Positions 39,479-53,648 of a stretch of 64,000 nucleotides of DNA are shown here, piece after piece; positions within the stretch are counted from its first letter, which is position 1; each line of letters starts with the position of its first letter. The position numbers were made by a program, and so were the translations under genes. The stretch comes from Octopus vulgaris (Eukaryota), in contig OX597825.1 of the NCBI GenBank assembly GCA_951406725.2, forward strand, positions 12,028,001 to 12,092,000. The letters run 5' to 3'. The notes below the pieces were generated by a model, which searched no databases, was not told the DNA's origin, and saw only the letters and a program-made list of their open reading frames with translations.

Positions 39479-39976
39479 CACTTATAGATTAGTTGAAGCT
39501 AATGCTGGAAAGCAGGGCTAAACACGGATTCAATGTTGCATCATATGACTGCTGTATGACATGGTTCGAGCATTGTATCATTTTGCTTTGTATATTTTAC
39601 TCCTTCAGCGAATATCCTCCAAAACGTTCATGGATCAAGATACATAATATGAGTGTTTAAATAGATGCACTCCCTACGTGAATGACTCCCTTGACTGATA
39701 TACATCAGATACACAGCTCTAGGGGTTGCTTAACACTACCACAAAAAGGTCTTCTGGTTAAAAGATATATGCATATGAGCAGATGAACAGGAACGGTTTG
39801 GTTATGAGGCAGCTTCAACATGGTACAGACACACATAACCAAAAGGAGTCTGTAATTGGATCAACATTTTCGATATTGACTCTCGCTTGCATGTGTAAGC
39901 TTCAGCAATGGAAGAATAAGAAATAACTTGGAAATACTTAAAGCACGAAAGAAATACCGATGCCAGTAAACTGACT

Positions 39977-40197
39977 GGCGGCGAGCTGGCAGAAACGTTA
40001 GCACGCCGGGCGAAATGCGTAGCCGTATTTCATCTATCGTTACGTTCTGAGTTCAAATTCCACCGAGGTCGACTTTGCCTTTCATCCTTTCGGGGTCAAT
40101 AAATTAAGTACCAGTGACGCACTGGGGTCGATCTAATCGACGTAATCCCTTTGTTTGTCCCCTCTGTGTTTAGCCCCTTGTAGGTAGTAAAGAAATA
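39977..40197 (+). mobile_element. SINE family A monomer
   Basis: GGCGGCGAGCTGGCAGAAACGTTAGCACG to GTAGTAAAGAAATA. Confidence 0.93.
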
Positions 40198-41027
40198 TAT
40201 ATTGATGCGACAATCAACAGCAGAATCAATGCCGTTAACACTGATGATGTCAACCATATATACAGAGTAACAATGCAAGAATGCCAATTCATACACAGTA
40301 TACGCAGTACAGTTCCCTGAAATTTCCACAAATAGAATAATAAAATTGAGTCAGTGTCGATTTCAAGAAAAAAGAAAAAGTATGTTTATCTTTCCTATTT
40401 TACTCATATATTATTCCATATGAAGTTTGGCTTGATCTGGCATTATCGGGTGTTCCAAAAATATTTCAATGTTAACCTGTGCACCATACTTCAAAATGTT
40501 TTGTAGAAAATACTCGTTTCTAAAATAAGAATTCAATAAAAAGTTAACAACTCGATTTTGTGGATTGGCACAGTTTGAAATAAATTGCCGCGATTGTTGA
40601 GTTGCTGGCACCAAAGGAAGATAATAAACGTTGGATGATAAAACTAAAAGTCTAAAATATTATGTATTTTAGAATAATGTGAGTCATGGAGGTAGTTACT
40701 AGAATTTCTTTGAGTAGGCAGCGTGTCTCACGGGGTTGTTTGTAGCCTCCAATTGGCTATGTGGTCGCCATTTAGGTCTCCTTTATAATATTTTGCAGAG
40801 ACGAGAATGAAGTGGCAAAAGAAAGCATTATAAATACAGATGTATGTGCGAGAAAGAATAAATCTGAGTGTAAAGAATAAATTCCTAGAGTTTAGAAGAA
40901 AAGAAATATGCATATAATAGCAAGAACTACGGTCAAATTAGCTTCCGACTAAAACGATATGCACGGAGCAGAGTAAGAACATTCGTATATATAGTATATG
41001 AATACACACGCACACACACACACACAC

Positions 41028-41084
<57 letters not shown>

Positions 41085-41182
41085 TACACACACATACATT
41101 AATACATTAGATAGATACACACACAAACATATATCCTTTACTAAATATATACGGTTTATATATATATATATATTTATATATA

Positions 41183-41218
<36 letters not shown>

Positions 41219-41284
41219 TATATACATATATAAATATATATATATATATATAAATATATACATATATACATATACATATATATA

Positions 41285-41348
<64 letters not shown>

Positions 41349-42256
41349 GACATATATATATATATGTATATATATATGTGTATATATGTATATGACTGTG
41401 TGTGTATATAAGTGTGTATGTATATGTAAGCATACATATCATGTATTCTACACAAAGGAATGCACTAACTACACTTTCTTCTTTTATACCATCCTTGTTC
41501 GAACTTAATTTGAACATACATCTCGCTATTGAAAAGAAAAGAGTAAAACGTAAATATTCGCTGCACATAACATAGTACACGTCCATTGAGTTCGGAAAAT
41601 GCGACTTAACTATTTTCGTGTCTTTTTGCATGTTTCCTTGGGGCAGATCATTGAAACTTCTCTTAAATGACCTGTTTGTACTCTGATACAAAATAATTTG
41701 GAATAATTGGTCAATCAAACAAGGGATGTTCAGGTTAAAGTCTAGAAATCTATATGGAAACGTAGTTTTTGAAAATTCCTGCTTGTTTGGAATAGAAATC
41801 GAGACAAATGCTGACGAATCTAAATTATAAACAACTATGGGGAAAATTAAGATTACTTGTTTGACAGTAACTTTAGGGCTTTCGGTTGTTTTGATGAAAA
41901 TGTCACCTCCATTACGAAAGACAACTTTTCGAAAAGTTCAGAATAAACAGATATATGTATTCAGAAGTCATGTTTAAGAAGAAAGTTCTCTGGCTTAAAG
42001 AAGCTATGGAGTTTGTGATTTTTCTTATCATGATGCTATTTTTTCTTTTTTCTTTTTTCTTTTTTTTCTTCTTTTTTTTTCTTTTTCGATGTATGTTACA
42101 TTATTTAACTATTTCTCCCCAAGAAAAAAAACCGTTGCATCAACGAAAAGATATATATATATATATATATAAATAATAACATTTCGAATTCCAAATAATA
42201 GTCATGATATATATATGTTTATGTAGAATATAGTATGTACGAGGGCGTTTTGTGTG

Positions 42257-42309
<53 letters not shown>

Positions 42310-42393
42310 ATGTATATATGCATAAATATATATAAATATACATATGTATATAAGCATGGATACATACACACACGCGCGCACACACACACACAA

Positions 42394-42426
<33 letters not shown>

Positions 42427-44205
42427 CATATAAACACATATATAGAGAGTTATGTATGTCTATACGTGTGCATGCGTGTATATATATTCTTTCTTCTTTG
42501 AGTGGTTCCATTCGATGGACTGTGGCCTTAGTGGAACATGCGTCTGATTTTTTTTTTTACCACCAGATTTTTTTCAGTTTTGTTAAGGTTTTGGAGCACG
42601 GTGTTCAAGTATAAGTGAGCTTGTAGCAACTGATCTTCCACGTGCGTGAGCTTGTATAGTTTGTTGTTAGGTCTAGTCTGAGGTGTTCCCAGTCGGCATG
42701 AGGCGGTTGCATCCTCCGTCAGCAAATTTGCATCTGCACTATTCCTACAGTATTGAGAGTATTTAACTCTCATTTTTAGGAATCTAGATGCGTTGGCACA
42801 CTTAGTATATATACATATATATATATATTGACCGGTGTTGTTCAAACGATGAATAGCTTTGCGTAAACTATTGGTTCGCTTTCTTCTCTTACTTTATCAT
42901 CATCTTATAATCATCTCATAATAATGACTTTTATGACTCGTATTACAACCACAGTTAATCTAAATGTATATATTTGTCGTTACCTGTCTGTCATAAATAG
43001 CCTTTTTCTATTTGCAATATGCATTTTTGTTGATTTTTCATATTTTACCCTTACATTTCCACGTGTATTTTATATATATATGTATACGTATATATATATA
43101 TATATATATACCACCCACCATTCTTAAAGATGTGCATCATTGCGTGTTCTTTAACCTGGTGCGGTTCGGCGGATTATCGAGTAAACTTACATGTGTCATA
43201 CTATGTTGCCCGATCTCTTATTTATCTTATTCTGTTTTATGAAATGTGAGTTCTGCTCAATTTAGCAGGGTTGTAGAGTACATTTTGTGTAGGTGCTGTC
43301 TCACTTTATTAAATTTTTACGTTCCGAGAACACTTAAAAAAAGTCTTTATTGGGTTCTCATAACATAGGGCGTGTATTCTGAATCAAAATTGCCCTATTT
43401 AGGCTATCCTATTTGTTAGGCAGAATTTGGGCTGCTCCAAGTAGAACTATAATTTTTGGACATTGTGTAGTGTTTTAAGTCCTGGTTTTCGGTTATATAA
43501 TTTTATCATTGCTAGTGTGCCAAATATTTTTGGCAAAATTTTCACTTCCTATTTTGCCCGATCATGCAATTTTCAGTCCCAGGATCCTTGTGTTTGGACA
43601 ATTTCAATACTGATGTATAGGTTGTTAGTCTACAATCGTGGCTAACGTGCACATTGGTCCGTTTCTTCAAAAAGAATCCCTATGCCCTGCGCCGTGATGA
43701 AGAATTTCTAGTGTTGATTCTTGGAAAAACTGTGCGAAGAAGGAATTCGCAGGCCGCGGCTGAAGCTCTCATGGACGAAGACCGCACAAAAATACAGATA
43801 CAGATAGAAAATATGTTTGTGGTTGTGGCTAATAAACACACGCACGGTATGAAAATTACAAAGGTTCGTATAGAGGAGTAAATATCAGTGTTGCAACATG
43901 TTTTTGGTCTAAAGAATAATTAGACAACGTAATGAAGAACACACTCGCGCGCAAACATACCCACAAACGCATACACAAACACACACAAGCACATTGACAG
44001 ATAAATATGCACATATGGGCGTATGAAAGTTGCGGTGTGTGAGTGCGCGAGTGTATAAGCCAAATGTATTTATCCATATATATGTGTGTATGTGTGTTGT
44101 GTGTGTGTATGTATATATATATATATATGAAAATGGATATGTATGTATGTATATACATATATGAGTATATATGTATGTACATGTGTATATTTATATCTCT
44201 CTCTA

Positions 44206-44260
<55 letters not shown>

Positions 44261-44316
44261 ATGTATATGTATATATGTATATATATATGTATATGTATAT
44301 ATGTATTTATATATAA

Positions 44317-44389
<73 letters not shown>

Positions 44390-44603
44390 AAGAGTAAGAG
44401 AGAAGAAGGTAGAGAGAGAACGAGATCCATTTTCTATATAATGTAACGTATAACTAGAGACCTTTCAACACTTGATCGTTAATTTATTAATCCCATTAAT
44501 GTTGAAATGTGTAAATGTCTTTCCAACAAAAGCAGAACCAGAATAACAACATCAATGAAAACGATGATGTATTCTTAATATATCACTTTACAAACTCGCG
44601 AAG

Positions 44604-44641
<38 letters not shown>

Positions 44642-45240
44642 AAAAAAATGTAGAAGAAACATTAATACGCGGTAGTTAGAGACTTGTGGTAAAGTTACTA
44701 ATATTAGGGGAAATATTCTTGAAATACAGCTGGAATAACAGAAACCTTATTAAATGAGGAAAATAAATGGGATTTCTTTATAATTCTTCAGTAACATCTT
44801 AGGCGCGTATAATACATTACTTTTCAAAGATGAAAATATTGTAATATATTACAAGGTCTATTCGAAGCAATTAAGGACATTATAAAATCTGTTTCAGGAA
44901 AATATTGTATTGAATGATTGATGAGGAATATGTTCATTATAGAACGCATTTCATTATGTTGCGACTTGTTAATATCATGTAATTATATTCCGCGTGAACG
45001 GGGAGCGCTCAGACATAAATGTACAGCATAGAAAAATATAAGCAGAGTCTGCAATGCGTTTTAAACCATTCAGTTATGTTGATATACACATAGATGTAGA
45101 AACTGCTGTATCGTCGGATATATATACATACATGCATACATCATACATACGTACATTCATACATACATACCTATATATACATACATATATATATATTTGT
45201 ATGTATATGTATATATGTATATATATATACACACACACAC

Positions 45241-45297
<57 letters not shown>

Positions 45298-45768
45298 TAT
45301 GTGCGTGTGTGTATACACAGACACATGCTCACATATATATGCATAGATATATGCTCGTACCTATATAAATATATGGATATCTGTATATATGTGTCTATGT
45401 ATGTATATATGTGTGTGTGTGTGTACATACACAGACACACGCACACATATATATGCATAAATATATACACGTGTCTATATAAAAATATGTATATCTCTAT
45501 ATATATGTATATGTGTGTATACACACGCACATACACATACACACGCGCACACACACACACACACATATATAAACAAAGACAAATACAACAAAATGAATAT
45601 GAGAGATTCAAGAAAACTGAACTATGTACATTTGTGAGCAGATGTTTTAGGTGTTGTTAGATAATGTCTGTTATATCAGCGTGGTTATTGATTAAATTCT
45701 GTCATGTTTCCCGCGTTTTGACATTAACATTCATACATAAATTCTGTTTTTTTTTTTTTTTTTCACAG

Positions 45769-45849
45769 ATTTGAAATTAAAAATTAAAACGATGCTGAAA
45801 AGACTGTGCTTCACAATATTATTTCGCGAATCAAAATCGGTATTCCAAG
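45769..45849 (+). other. Putative 81-nt spliced exon of an unidentified host gene
   Basis: Acceptor T17-CACAG|A and donor AAG|GTATGT. Only one frame is open (LKLKIKTMLKRLCFTILFRESKSVFQ, phase 1 at both ends), with ATG at 45792 and A at -3. Product not recognised. Confidence 0.7.
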
Positions 45850-46025
45850 GTATGTTTTAATATTATTTTGAATTTCTTATGGAACTTCTTGGAATTTCTT
45901 ATGTTTTAATATTGCTTTGAATTTCTTACGGAAATTTATTAAAACGTATGAAAAAATATGAAAAAACATATTATCTCATGCGAAGCTCCGAATGTTAATC
46001 CTATATTAATGTCTGCTAATGATGC

Positions 46026-46060
<35 letters not shown>

Positions 46061-46062
<2 letters not shown>

Positions 46063-46446
46063 CGTAGGAGTGGATGCGTGGTAAGTAGCTTGCTTACCAA
46101 CCACATGGTTCCGGGTTCAGTGCCACTGCGTGGCACCTTGGCAAAGCATCTTCTACTATAACCTCGAGTCGACCAAAGCCTTGTGAGTGGAATTGGTAGA
46201 CAGAAACTGAAAGAAGCCTGTCGTATATATGTATATATGTATGTGTGTATATGTTTGTCCCCCCCCCAACATTGCTTGAGAAACGATGCTGGTGTGTTTA
46301 CGTCCCCGTAACCTAGCGGTTCAGTCACCGATAAAATACGTACTAGGCTTACAAAGGATAAGTCCTGGAGTCGGTTTGCTCGGCTAAAGGCGGTGCTCCA
46401 GCATGTCCACAGTCAAGTGACTGAAACAATTAAAAGGGTAAAAGAG
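46061..46446 (+). mobile_element. SINE family B, full length
   Basis: GGCGTAGGAGTGGATGCGTGGTAAGTAGC head, GGGTTCAGTGCC B-box-like, AAAGGCGGTGCTCCAGCATG tail; starts directly after a (TA)n tract. Confidence 0.93.
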
Positions 46447-46804
46447 TTTATATGTATATATTTGTATGCATATCTATCTATCTGTCTTTCTTTCTTTCTT
46501 TCTATCCATCCATCCAGCCGTCCGTCCGTCTCACCCTCTCTCTCTTTAGGAATACGACCCCCACCAACTGCTCAGCCTATATATCTGTGCAGACCTTTAA
46601 ATGCCGTGTATGCAATAATGGTCTGCAAATTTAATGGAGGTATTTTCAAAAGGTATTTTCAGATCCACAATGATCAGAACTTAACTGCAGCTCTCGGTGA
46701 TCCAAATTAGATATGCAATCTATGTGGGTGTCTCTTCAATATATTATATTGTCTGCTTTGAAAAGGCACATCAAACGCCGTGATCTAATGTGTAAGTTGT
46801 TGTT

Positions 46805-46929
46805 TGTTCTTTCTCGTGCTATTCCTGGTTTCCCGGTTTCTTGGCGTATAGGTTCCCTACCTGGACAGGACGCCGGTCCATCGCAGGTGAGCTGCAAGAT
46901 GCAGGAGGAAAGAGTGAGAGAAAGTTGTA
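46805..46929 (-). mobile_element. 3' fragment of D/C hybrid SINE
   Basis: Matches about 39177-39320 (GGTTTCCCGGTTTC, CGCAGGTGAGCTGC, GCAGGAGGAAAGA.TGAGAGAAAGTTG). Confidence 0.85.
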
Positions 46930-46980
46930 CCAGTTGATCTAGCAAGAGGGACCTCATATCAGTGCGGGAGGCTCTTAATG

Positions 46981-47180
46981 TACAGGGCCTGGAATTTCGG
47001 GGGAGGGAACCAGTCGATTACATCAACACCAGTGCATAACTGGTATTTATTTTATCGACCCCGAAAGTATGAAAGGCAAAGTCGACCTCGGGTGGCATTT
47101 GAATTTGGAATATTAACACGGATGAAATGCCGCTAAGAATTTTGTCCGGTATGCTAACAATTCTGCCTGCTCACCGCCTA
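46981..47180 (-). mobile_element. SINE family A copy
   Basis: TTTTATCGACCCCGAAAG.ATGAAAGGCAAAGTCGACCTCG...CTGCC.GCTCACCGCC. Confidence 0.85.
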
Positions 47181-47489
47181 TAATAATATAAATCTAAAGA
47201 GGTGGAAAGTGCATACACACACACGCATAGTTATATATAAGCACAAAGTCAGAGAATCGACGTTGTTGTGAAAATGTCGTCTGAAAGTAGTTCGCTAGGG
47301 ACACATTGAAAATGCTCATTAATTCTCGATGTTCTTCGTGCACGCACTTAATTATGTACGTATGTGTGCTGAAGAGGTTTGTTGGTAAGAAGTTTGCTTA
47401 CCAAACAGATTCTTCTGCGTGTCACTCACCACAGTCTTGTGAGTGAATTTGGTAGATGGAAACTGAAAGAAGCCCTTCGTACATATATA

Positions 47490-47873
47490 CTCTTTTACTC
47501 ATTTACTTGTTTCAGCTATTTGTCTGAGGCCATGGTGGAACACCACTATCAGTCGAAGAAATCAGCTCCAGGACTTATTCTTTGTAAGTACTTAAGTTAT
47601 CGGTTACTTTTACCGAACCGCTAAGTTACAGGGACGTAAACACTTAAACATCGTCTGTCATGAGATGGCGGGAGGACAACACAGACACAAAAATAAATAC
47701 ATTTATATATACAAGGGGCTTCTTTCAGTTTCCGTCAACCAAATCTACTCACAAGGCTTTGGTGGGCCTGAGGCTATAGTAGAAGTCACCTAACCAAGTT
47801 GCCATTCAGTGGGACTGACCCCGGAACCATGTGTTGGGAAGCAGGGTTCTTACCACACAGCCACTACTGTACC
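47490..47873 (-). mobile_element. SINE family B, flanked by fragments of an older plus-strand copy
   Basis: Full colinear match to family B. A plus-strand 5' half at about 47370-47485 and 3' half at about 47890-48125 surround it, consistent with nested insertion into the internal TA tract. Confidence 0.8.
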
Positions 47874-48243
47874 TATATATATATATATATATATATTCAC
47901 TTGGGTGTGTGCGGAGAGGGGGCTGTTTATTTGTTCCTGTCATCACTTGACAGCCAATGTGCCAGTGTTGCTGTGTTGTGCACGCGCAACTTAGTGGTTG
48001 GGTAAAAGGGACCAGTAAAATGCATCAGGCATAAAAAATAATTACTGGAGTCAATTCCCTGGACTAAAATTCATGATGGCGGTTCCCCAGGATGATTGCA
48101 GCCTCTTGACTGAGAGAAATAAAAGACAAAAGATACATACATACATATACATACATATGTACATATACATACATACATATATATATATATACATACATAC
48201 GTACATACAAACACCCATACACACACACATATATATATATATG

Positions 48244-48290
<47 letters not shown>

Positions 48291-48409
48291 CACACATATA
48301 CATATATATGTATTTATATGCGTGTATATATATATATGAGTATGTATACATATATGTATACACACACACACACAGACACACAATCTCACACACACGCACA
48401 CACACACAC

Positions 48410-48452
<43 letters not shown>

Positions 48453-49902
48453 CGGGTATATGTATATACGAGCTGTAAGTGTCATTGTTCATGTATATTT
48501 ACTTATACACATATGATCCTGATTAGATAGAATTTGACATCTGTGATATTTAGACAGAGGATCAAACACCAAACATAATAACATTATCAGAGATTACTTA
48601 AACAAACGCATTGTAATGACAGAATTATCATCACTAATAATTATATTCGTTTCTTGATAGAAATCATCTTGTTAATATTTTATTCTTTAATGCTCTTTTG
48701 ATGTTGCGCAACGTAAGTTATACACCACTACAGACTGTCAACCATTTGATAACGTCACTAATACGTTTACGCACGACATAAGTGTCACACATTCTTCTTT
48801 ATATTCCTCTGCTGTGCAAAGAACTCTGCTTTCTACCAATTTGATATTAGATATTTGATATATTGTGTATAATAATTGCATGTTTTAAATGAAAAAGTAA
48901 TGTGTTCGAAAGTTTTGCAAACTACAGGAAAAATTAAGTAAATACAAGCAAATAATCTCATCCAGACATTTTCTTCTTTTTTTTTTCAAAATGAAATATA
49001 ACATGTATAGAAATATAATATTTGTGCTTGCGTATTGTTTTTCAAACAAATCACTAAAGATCTCTGGGAATATATAATTTCATATTTTCTTTATGATATA
49101 TATTGAGTATTGCATTTTTCTATCGGCCATATTTCAACAAAGTTTTATATAATTATAGTCATCGCTTTTATCTCTCTCTCTCTCTCTCTCTCTCTCGATC
49201 ACGCGTTTTTTCAGTCACTCGCTCACTCAAGCACCCACTCAATATCCGTGTATATGCGATTATGTGTACATGTGTATACGTGGCTGCGTGATTATATGTG
49301 TCTACACACGTATATACATTGAAGATATCAACGTATGTTACGTACGTACAGTTATGTATGAATGTATATGCATACATGTCTACACACACACACACATATG
49401 TTGCATGTTATAAAACGTTTGCACTTCGGTGCCACTGGTATATATCTTATCGATATTCAATATTTTCATATGGGCACTGTTACTTTACTTGACATACATC
49501 ATTGGAACATTTCGTATTTCAGATATTCATGTTTGTCTACTATCAAGAGATTTTACATTTCATAGGCAACCGACCTCTGTCAACGGGAAAAAATATATTT
49601 CATGGAACTTCATATTTCATGACACGAACTCTCGAATGAGTTTTTTTGTACTAACTAACCGAGACAAAGCATTATTAAACGAAAGCAACTAGATATACTT
49701 GTATATTGATAAAAAGATGTAAAGATATATTTATTTCCAGGAACAAAGCAGTGTAGAATGTATACGAATCGTTTGACACTTAGACCTACCTTAATGTCCA
49801 AAATACAAAATGTTTGAAAATGATGATCAAAATATTTATAGGAATGACTCGCATCGGGTTTGTGGATGAGTTTTCCACGTTCCCGATTAAAGTACATAAC
49901 TC

Positions 49903-50322
49903 TCTTTACTCTTTACTCTTTTACTTGTTTCAGTCATTTGACTGCGGCCATGCTGGAGCACCGCCTTTAGTCGAGCAACTCGAACCCGCGACTTATTCGT
50001 TTGTAAGCCCAGTACTTATTCCATCGGTCTCTTTTGCCGAACTGCTAAGTAACGGGGACATAAACACACCAGCATCGGTTGTCAAGCAATGCTAGGGGGA
50101 CAAACACAGACACACAGACACGCAAACATACACGCACATACATATATATACACATATACGACGGGCTTCTTTCAGTTTCCGTCTACCAAATCCACTCACA
50201 AGGCTTTGGTCGGCCCGAGGCTATAGTAGAAGACACTTCCCCAAAGTGCCACGCAGTGGGACTGAACCCGGAACCATGTGGTTGGTAAACAAGCTACTTA
50301 CCACACAGCCACTCCTACGCCT
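49903..50322 (-). mobile_element. SINE family B, young full-length copy
   Basis: Head AGGCGTAGGAGTGGCTGTGTGGTAAG; tail GCATGGCCGCAGTCAAATGACTGAAACAAGTAAAAGAGTAAAGAG. Confidence 0.95.
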
Positions 50323-50830
50323 ACACATTTTATTATAAAGTAAGTGTGTGAATATTCGATGGGTATTTGTACTCAAACCTCTCAGTTACCCAGGATGTCG
50401 CTGTTTCTGATTTGTGTGACTCTTTCGTTTGCAAGTCCAGTCTATTTCACAGTCTTTCTGTTTCCACGAAACAACTTTTGTTCACATACTTGTCGAACGA
50501 AAGAAGTCGATGTTAAAACAATATTTTCCGAACTACGACACCATTATATCGTCTCGTACCAAGTTAAAGCCGTCATGATTGCTGTTTTCACGTCTGGTGG
50601 ATTACGCCTGATTTCCATGTCCTTCGACTCTCTCAGCATCATAACCATTCGTATCTTCCGTAGTTTATAAATAAATTTCGACAATTGGCGCTAGTGGTAA
50701 CTGCAATGAGCCTCTTTTATGATAAAGATCTGAACTGTTCACAATCTGAGGTTGGCCTAGGCACGTTCTAATGAACACCGAATAATATCTACCCATATTA
50801 TTCAAATCAAAGTAATCATATAATTACTAT

Positions 50831-51203
50831 AGGCTTAGGAGTGGCTGTGTGGTAAGTAGCTTGCTTACCAACCACATGGTTCTCGGTTCAGTGTCACTGC
50901 GTGGCACCTTGGGCAAGTGTCTTCTACTATAGCCTCGGGCCGACCAAGGCCTTTTGAGTGAATATATGTATATATGTATGTGTGTATATATCTTTGTCTG
51001 TCTGTGTTTGTCCCCCCAACGTCACTTGACAACCGATGCTGGTGTGTTTACGCCCCCGTGACTTAGTGGTTCGGTAAAAGTACACGATAGCATGAGTACT
51101 AGGCTTACAAAGAATAAGTCCTGGGGTCGATTTGCTCGATTAAAGGCGGTGCTCCAGCATGGCCTCACACAAATGACTGAAACAAGTAAAAGAGAGTAAA
51201 GAG
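50831..51203 (+). mobile_element. SINE family B with internal deletion
   Basis: Colinear with 46061-46446 but lacks the TTTGGTAGAC..GAAACTGAAAGAAGC block. Confidence 0.93.
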
Positions 51204-52059
51204 ATATTTTCTATGTAGCCATGTGTGCAATGATTCTGTATGTAAGCGCCATTCATACGTAGCAAACGCAACGAAGCAAGTACAAGCGGAACGCAACTAA
51301 GCACAAGTCTTCCAATGCACAGATACATCACCATCCATCCAGACTTAAATATACACAGAAAGTCTAAGCCAAATGTAAGAATAGATAAACGGTTAACAAG
51401 TGAAAGAATTCTAGTGAAAATTAGAGCAAAATTATTACGAAATTAAAAGTAATGCTTCAAAAAATCATGAACCAATTGTATTTGCTTTCGATGAATTTCT
51501 TGTGTAATATGCAAAATTATAACGATTTAGTGAAATATGTACATTTTCAGAGAGAAGTAACCATTAACAAAAAGCAAATATGAACAAATTCTTTAGGCTG
51601 TATAGATCTCATTATTTCCAGCTTTTCTTTATGTTTTACCATAAAAATACCAGACATGTTTAAAGCATCAATTTTACTTTTGTCGATTGGCAATTAGTAT
51701 CATTTTGTAACAGAAATGGCGAAGAAATTTTCTATTCATTAAAATTTTTTGTACAGTGATTGTCATAACTTCAAGAATTGCCACAATTAGTATTGATATT
51801 ATATATTGTCTTAATTTGTCTGAAATTAGTATTGCTACTACACAAGTATTATAGCTGAAACCGTTAACTAATTGAGTAATTAACAATACTTTAGTTGCCA
51901 ATGCAGATTCCTGTCTTTTTATTCACAAAACAAAATTTTTAAAAGCTATTCAAAATATCCGGTTTGACAAACAAAATATCTCTCTTTCTATATCACTATA
52001 CGCAGACACGGATACATCACACACACACACAATCACACACAGAGAAAAGTATGCATGTA

Positions 52060-52119
<60 letters not shown>

Positions 52120-52708
52120 GTGGAGGCTTATCAGCAATATAACAACAACCAAAAGGCAAATTATGGACGTCTCTAAAGACAGAGAGGCTACAAAGTGGTA
52201 CCGACATTGCTAGAAATAAGAGTAAAAACGACTCATTAATCACAAATGCATTATCTTAGTAAGTAAGCAAATATAGCTATATTACGTGATTTCAAATTTT
52301 GATGCAGAAGCAGATTTGTCTCCCCTCGTCAGCTTACTAAGATAGTACTTTTGTGGCTAATGAGGCATTTTGGCTGTTATTCCTAGCAATGCTGGTACCA
52401 TTTTATTTTAGTGACTCCTATTAATGTTTTTGGGTTGTTAAATTGTTAATAAGCCACCCATAATATTTATAGTTTTCAAACCTACCATTTTTGAAATCAG
52501 CACTTGTGAAGGTTTTTTTTTTTTTATAAGTTGACGAGGTGAGAGGAGTGTGGTAAGAGATGATAACGGGAATTAAGAAGCTGCGACCGTATGGAGCTTT
52601 GTTTCCCTTGCCAATTTACTAAGAGAGTACTTCTGTGGCTAATGAGTTGATTTGACTCTTATTTCTAGCAAAGCCAGCACCACATCATACCCTCTTTTAC
52701 TTAGTGAT

Positions 52709-52814
52709 CTCTCTCTCTCTCGCTTTCTCTCTCTCTCGCTTTCTCTCTCTCTCGCTTTCTCTCTCTCTCGCTTTCTCTCTCTCTTTCGCTTTCTCTCTCT
52801 CTCTTTCTCTCTCT
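52709..52814. repeat. (CT)n-derived ~16-bp minisatellite (CTCTCTCTCTCGCTTT)n
   Basis: CGCTTT interruption recurs five times at regular spacing. Confidence 0.9.
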
Positions 52815-52895
52815 ATATATAATTAAGAACTAAGGGCTGTACAGATAGCACCGTTACGCTAAGAGTAGCTGTCAAATAGTGGTTAGTGAGACTCG

Positions 52896-52941
52896 CTGAT
52901 GAGAACTAATTGGGACCTTCACAAAGTTCAAAATCGTGATG
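52896..52941 (+). ncRNA. Possible dead hammerhead relic
   Basis: CUGAUGA-GAACU..UUG...CAA AGUUC-AAAA-UCGUGA-UG. Stem II pairs; G12A and stem III UCGUGA fit CpG decay of GAAA and UCGCGA; no stem I and G at the cleavage position. Confidence 0.4.
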
Positions 52942-53094
52942 ATATGGCTACGTCTGGCTTTTCAATTTTCCTTATTGGAGCGGGGGCTTAGAACTTTTGC
53001 TCATTACCCTGACTTCACTTTATGTCAATCAGTGAAAATTTGTGGTTGTAGTTGTCTTCTGACTCCTATTTTTAGAGTACCGCTGCTACAATTA

Positions 53095-53133
<39 letters not shown>

Positions 53134-53530
53134 TTTTATGATATGTATGCATTGTATACATGTCTAATCAGACACACATACATACTTATGTATGTATGTA
53201 TATATGTATGTGTGTGTGAATGTGCAAGTGTTCGTATCAGGAATACCACCACAACGAAATTAATAGCCAATAACTAATACAAAATCCTATAAGGCTAAAT
53301 TTCTAGTTACCTTTCATAACATGCAGACTCTTTGATCCTGATCCAATACCGAATTAGAGCATTAAGAAATTTAGCATAAAAATGAGCGACAATAGATAAC
53401 ATCATATGACAACAAGGTCTACATCAGATAATACAAGAATCGTAACCGGCTAAGACTATGAATAATATCAATATCGATAATTTGACAGACACAAAACCAT
53501 AACAAAAGCTGAACCAAAAGGTGAACCTCA

Positions 53531-53648
53531 CGGGGTCGATAAATTAAGTACCAGTTACGCACTGGGGTCGATCTAATCGACTTAATTTCTTTGTCTGTCC
53601 TTGTTTGTCCCCTCTATGTTTAGCCCCTTGTGGGTAATAAAGAAATAA
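53531..53648 (+). mobile_element. 5'-truncated SINE family A
   Basis: CGGGGTCGATAAATTAAGTACCAG to GTGGGTAATAAAGAAATA. Confidence 0.9.

Noticed and set aside
41885-41948. Hammerhead-like UUGAUGA...GACA..UUUUC-GAAA-AGUUC
   Set aside because: C3 is mutated, stem II would need core bases, and stem I is unconvincing.
52275-52338. Minus-strand CUGACGA...GAAA-UCACGUAA-UA
   Set aside because: Stem II has only G-U pairs and there is no stem I; the sequence overlaps a decayed SINE-tail-like motif.
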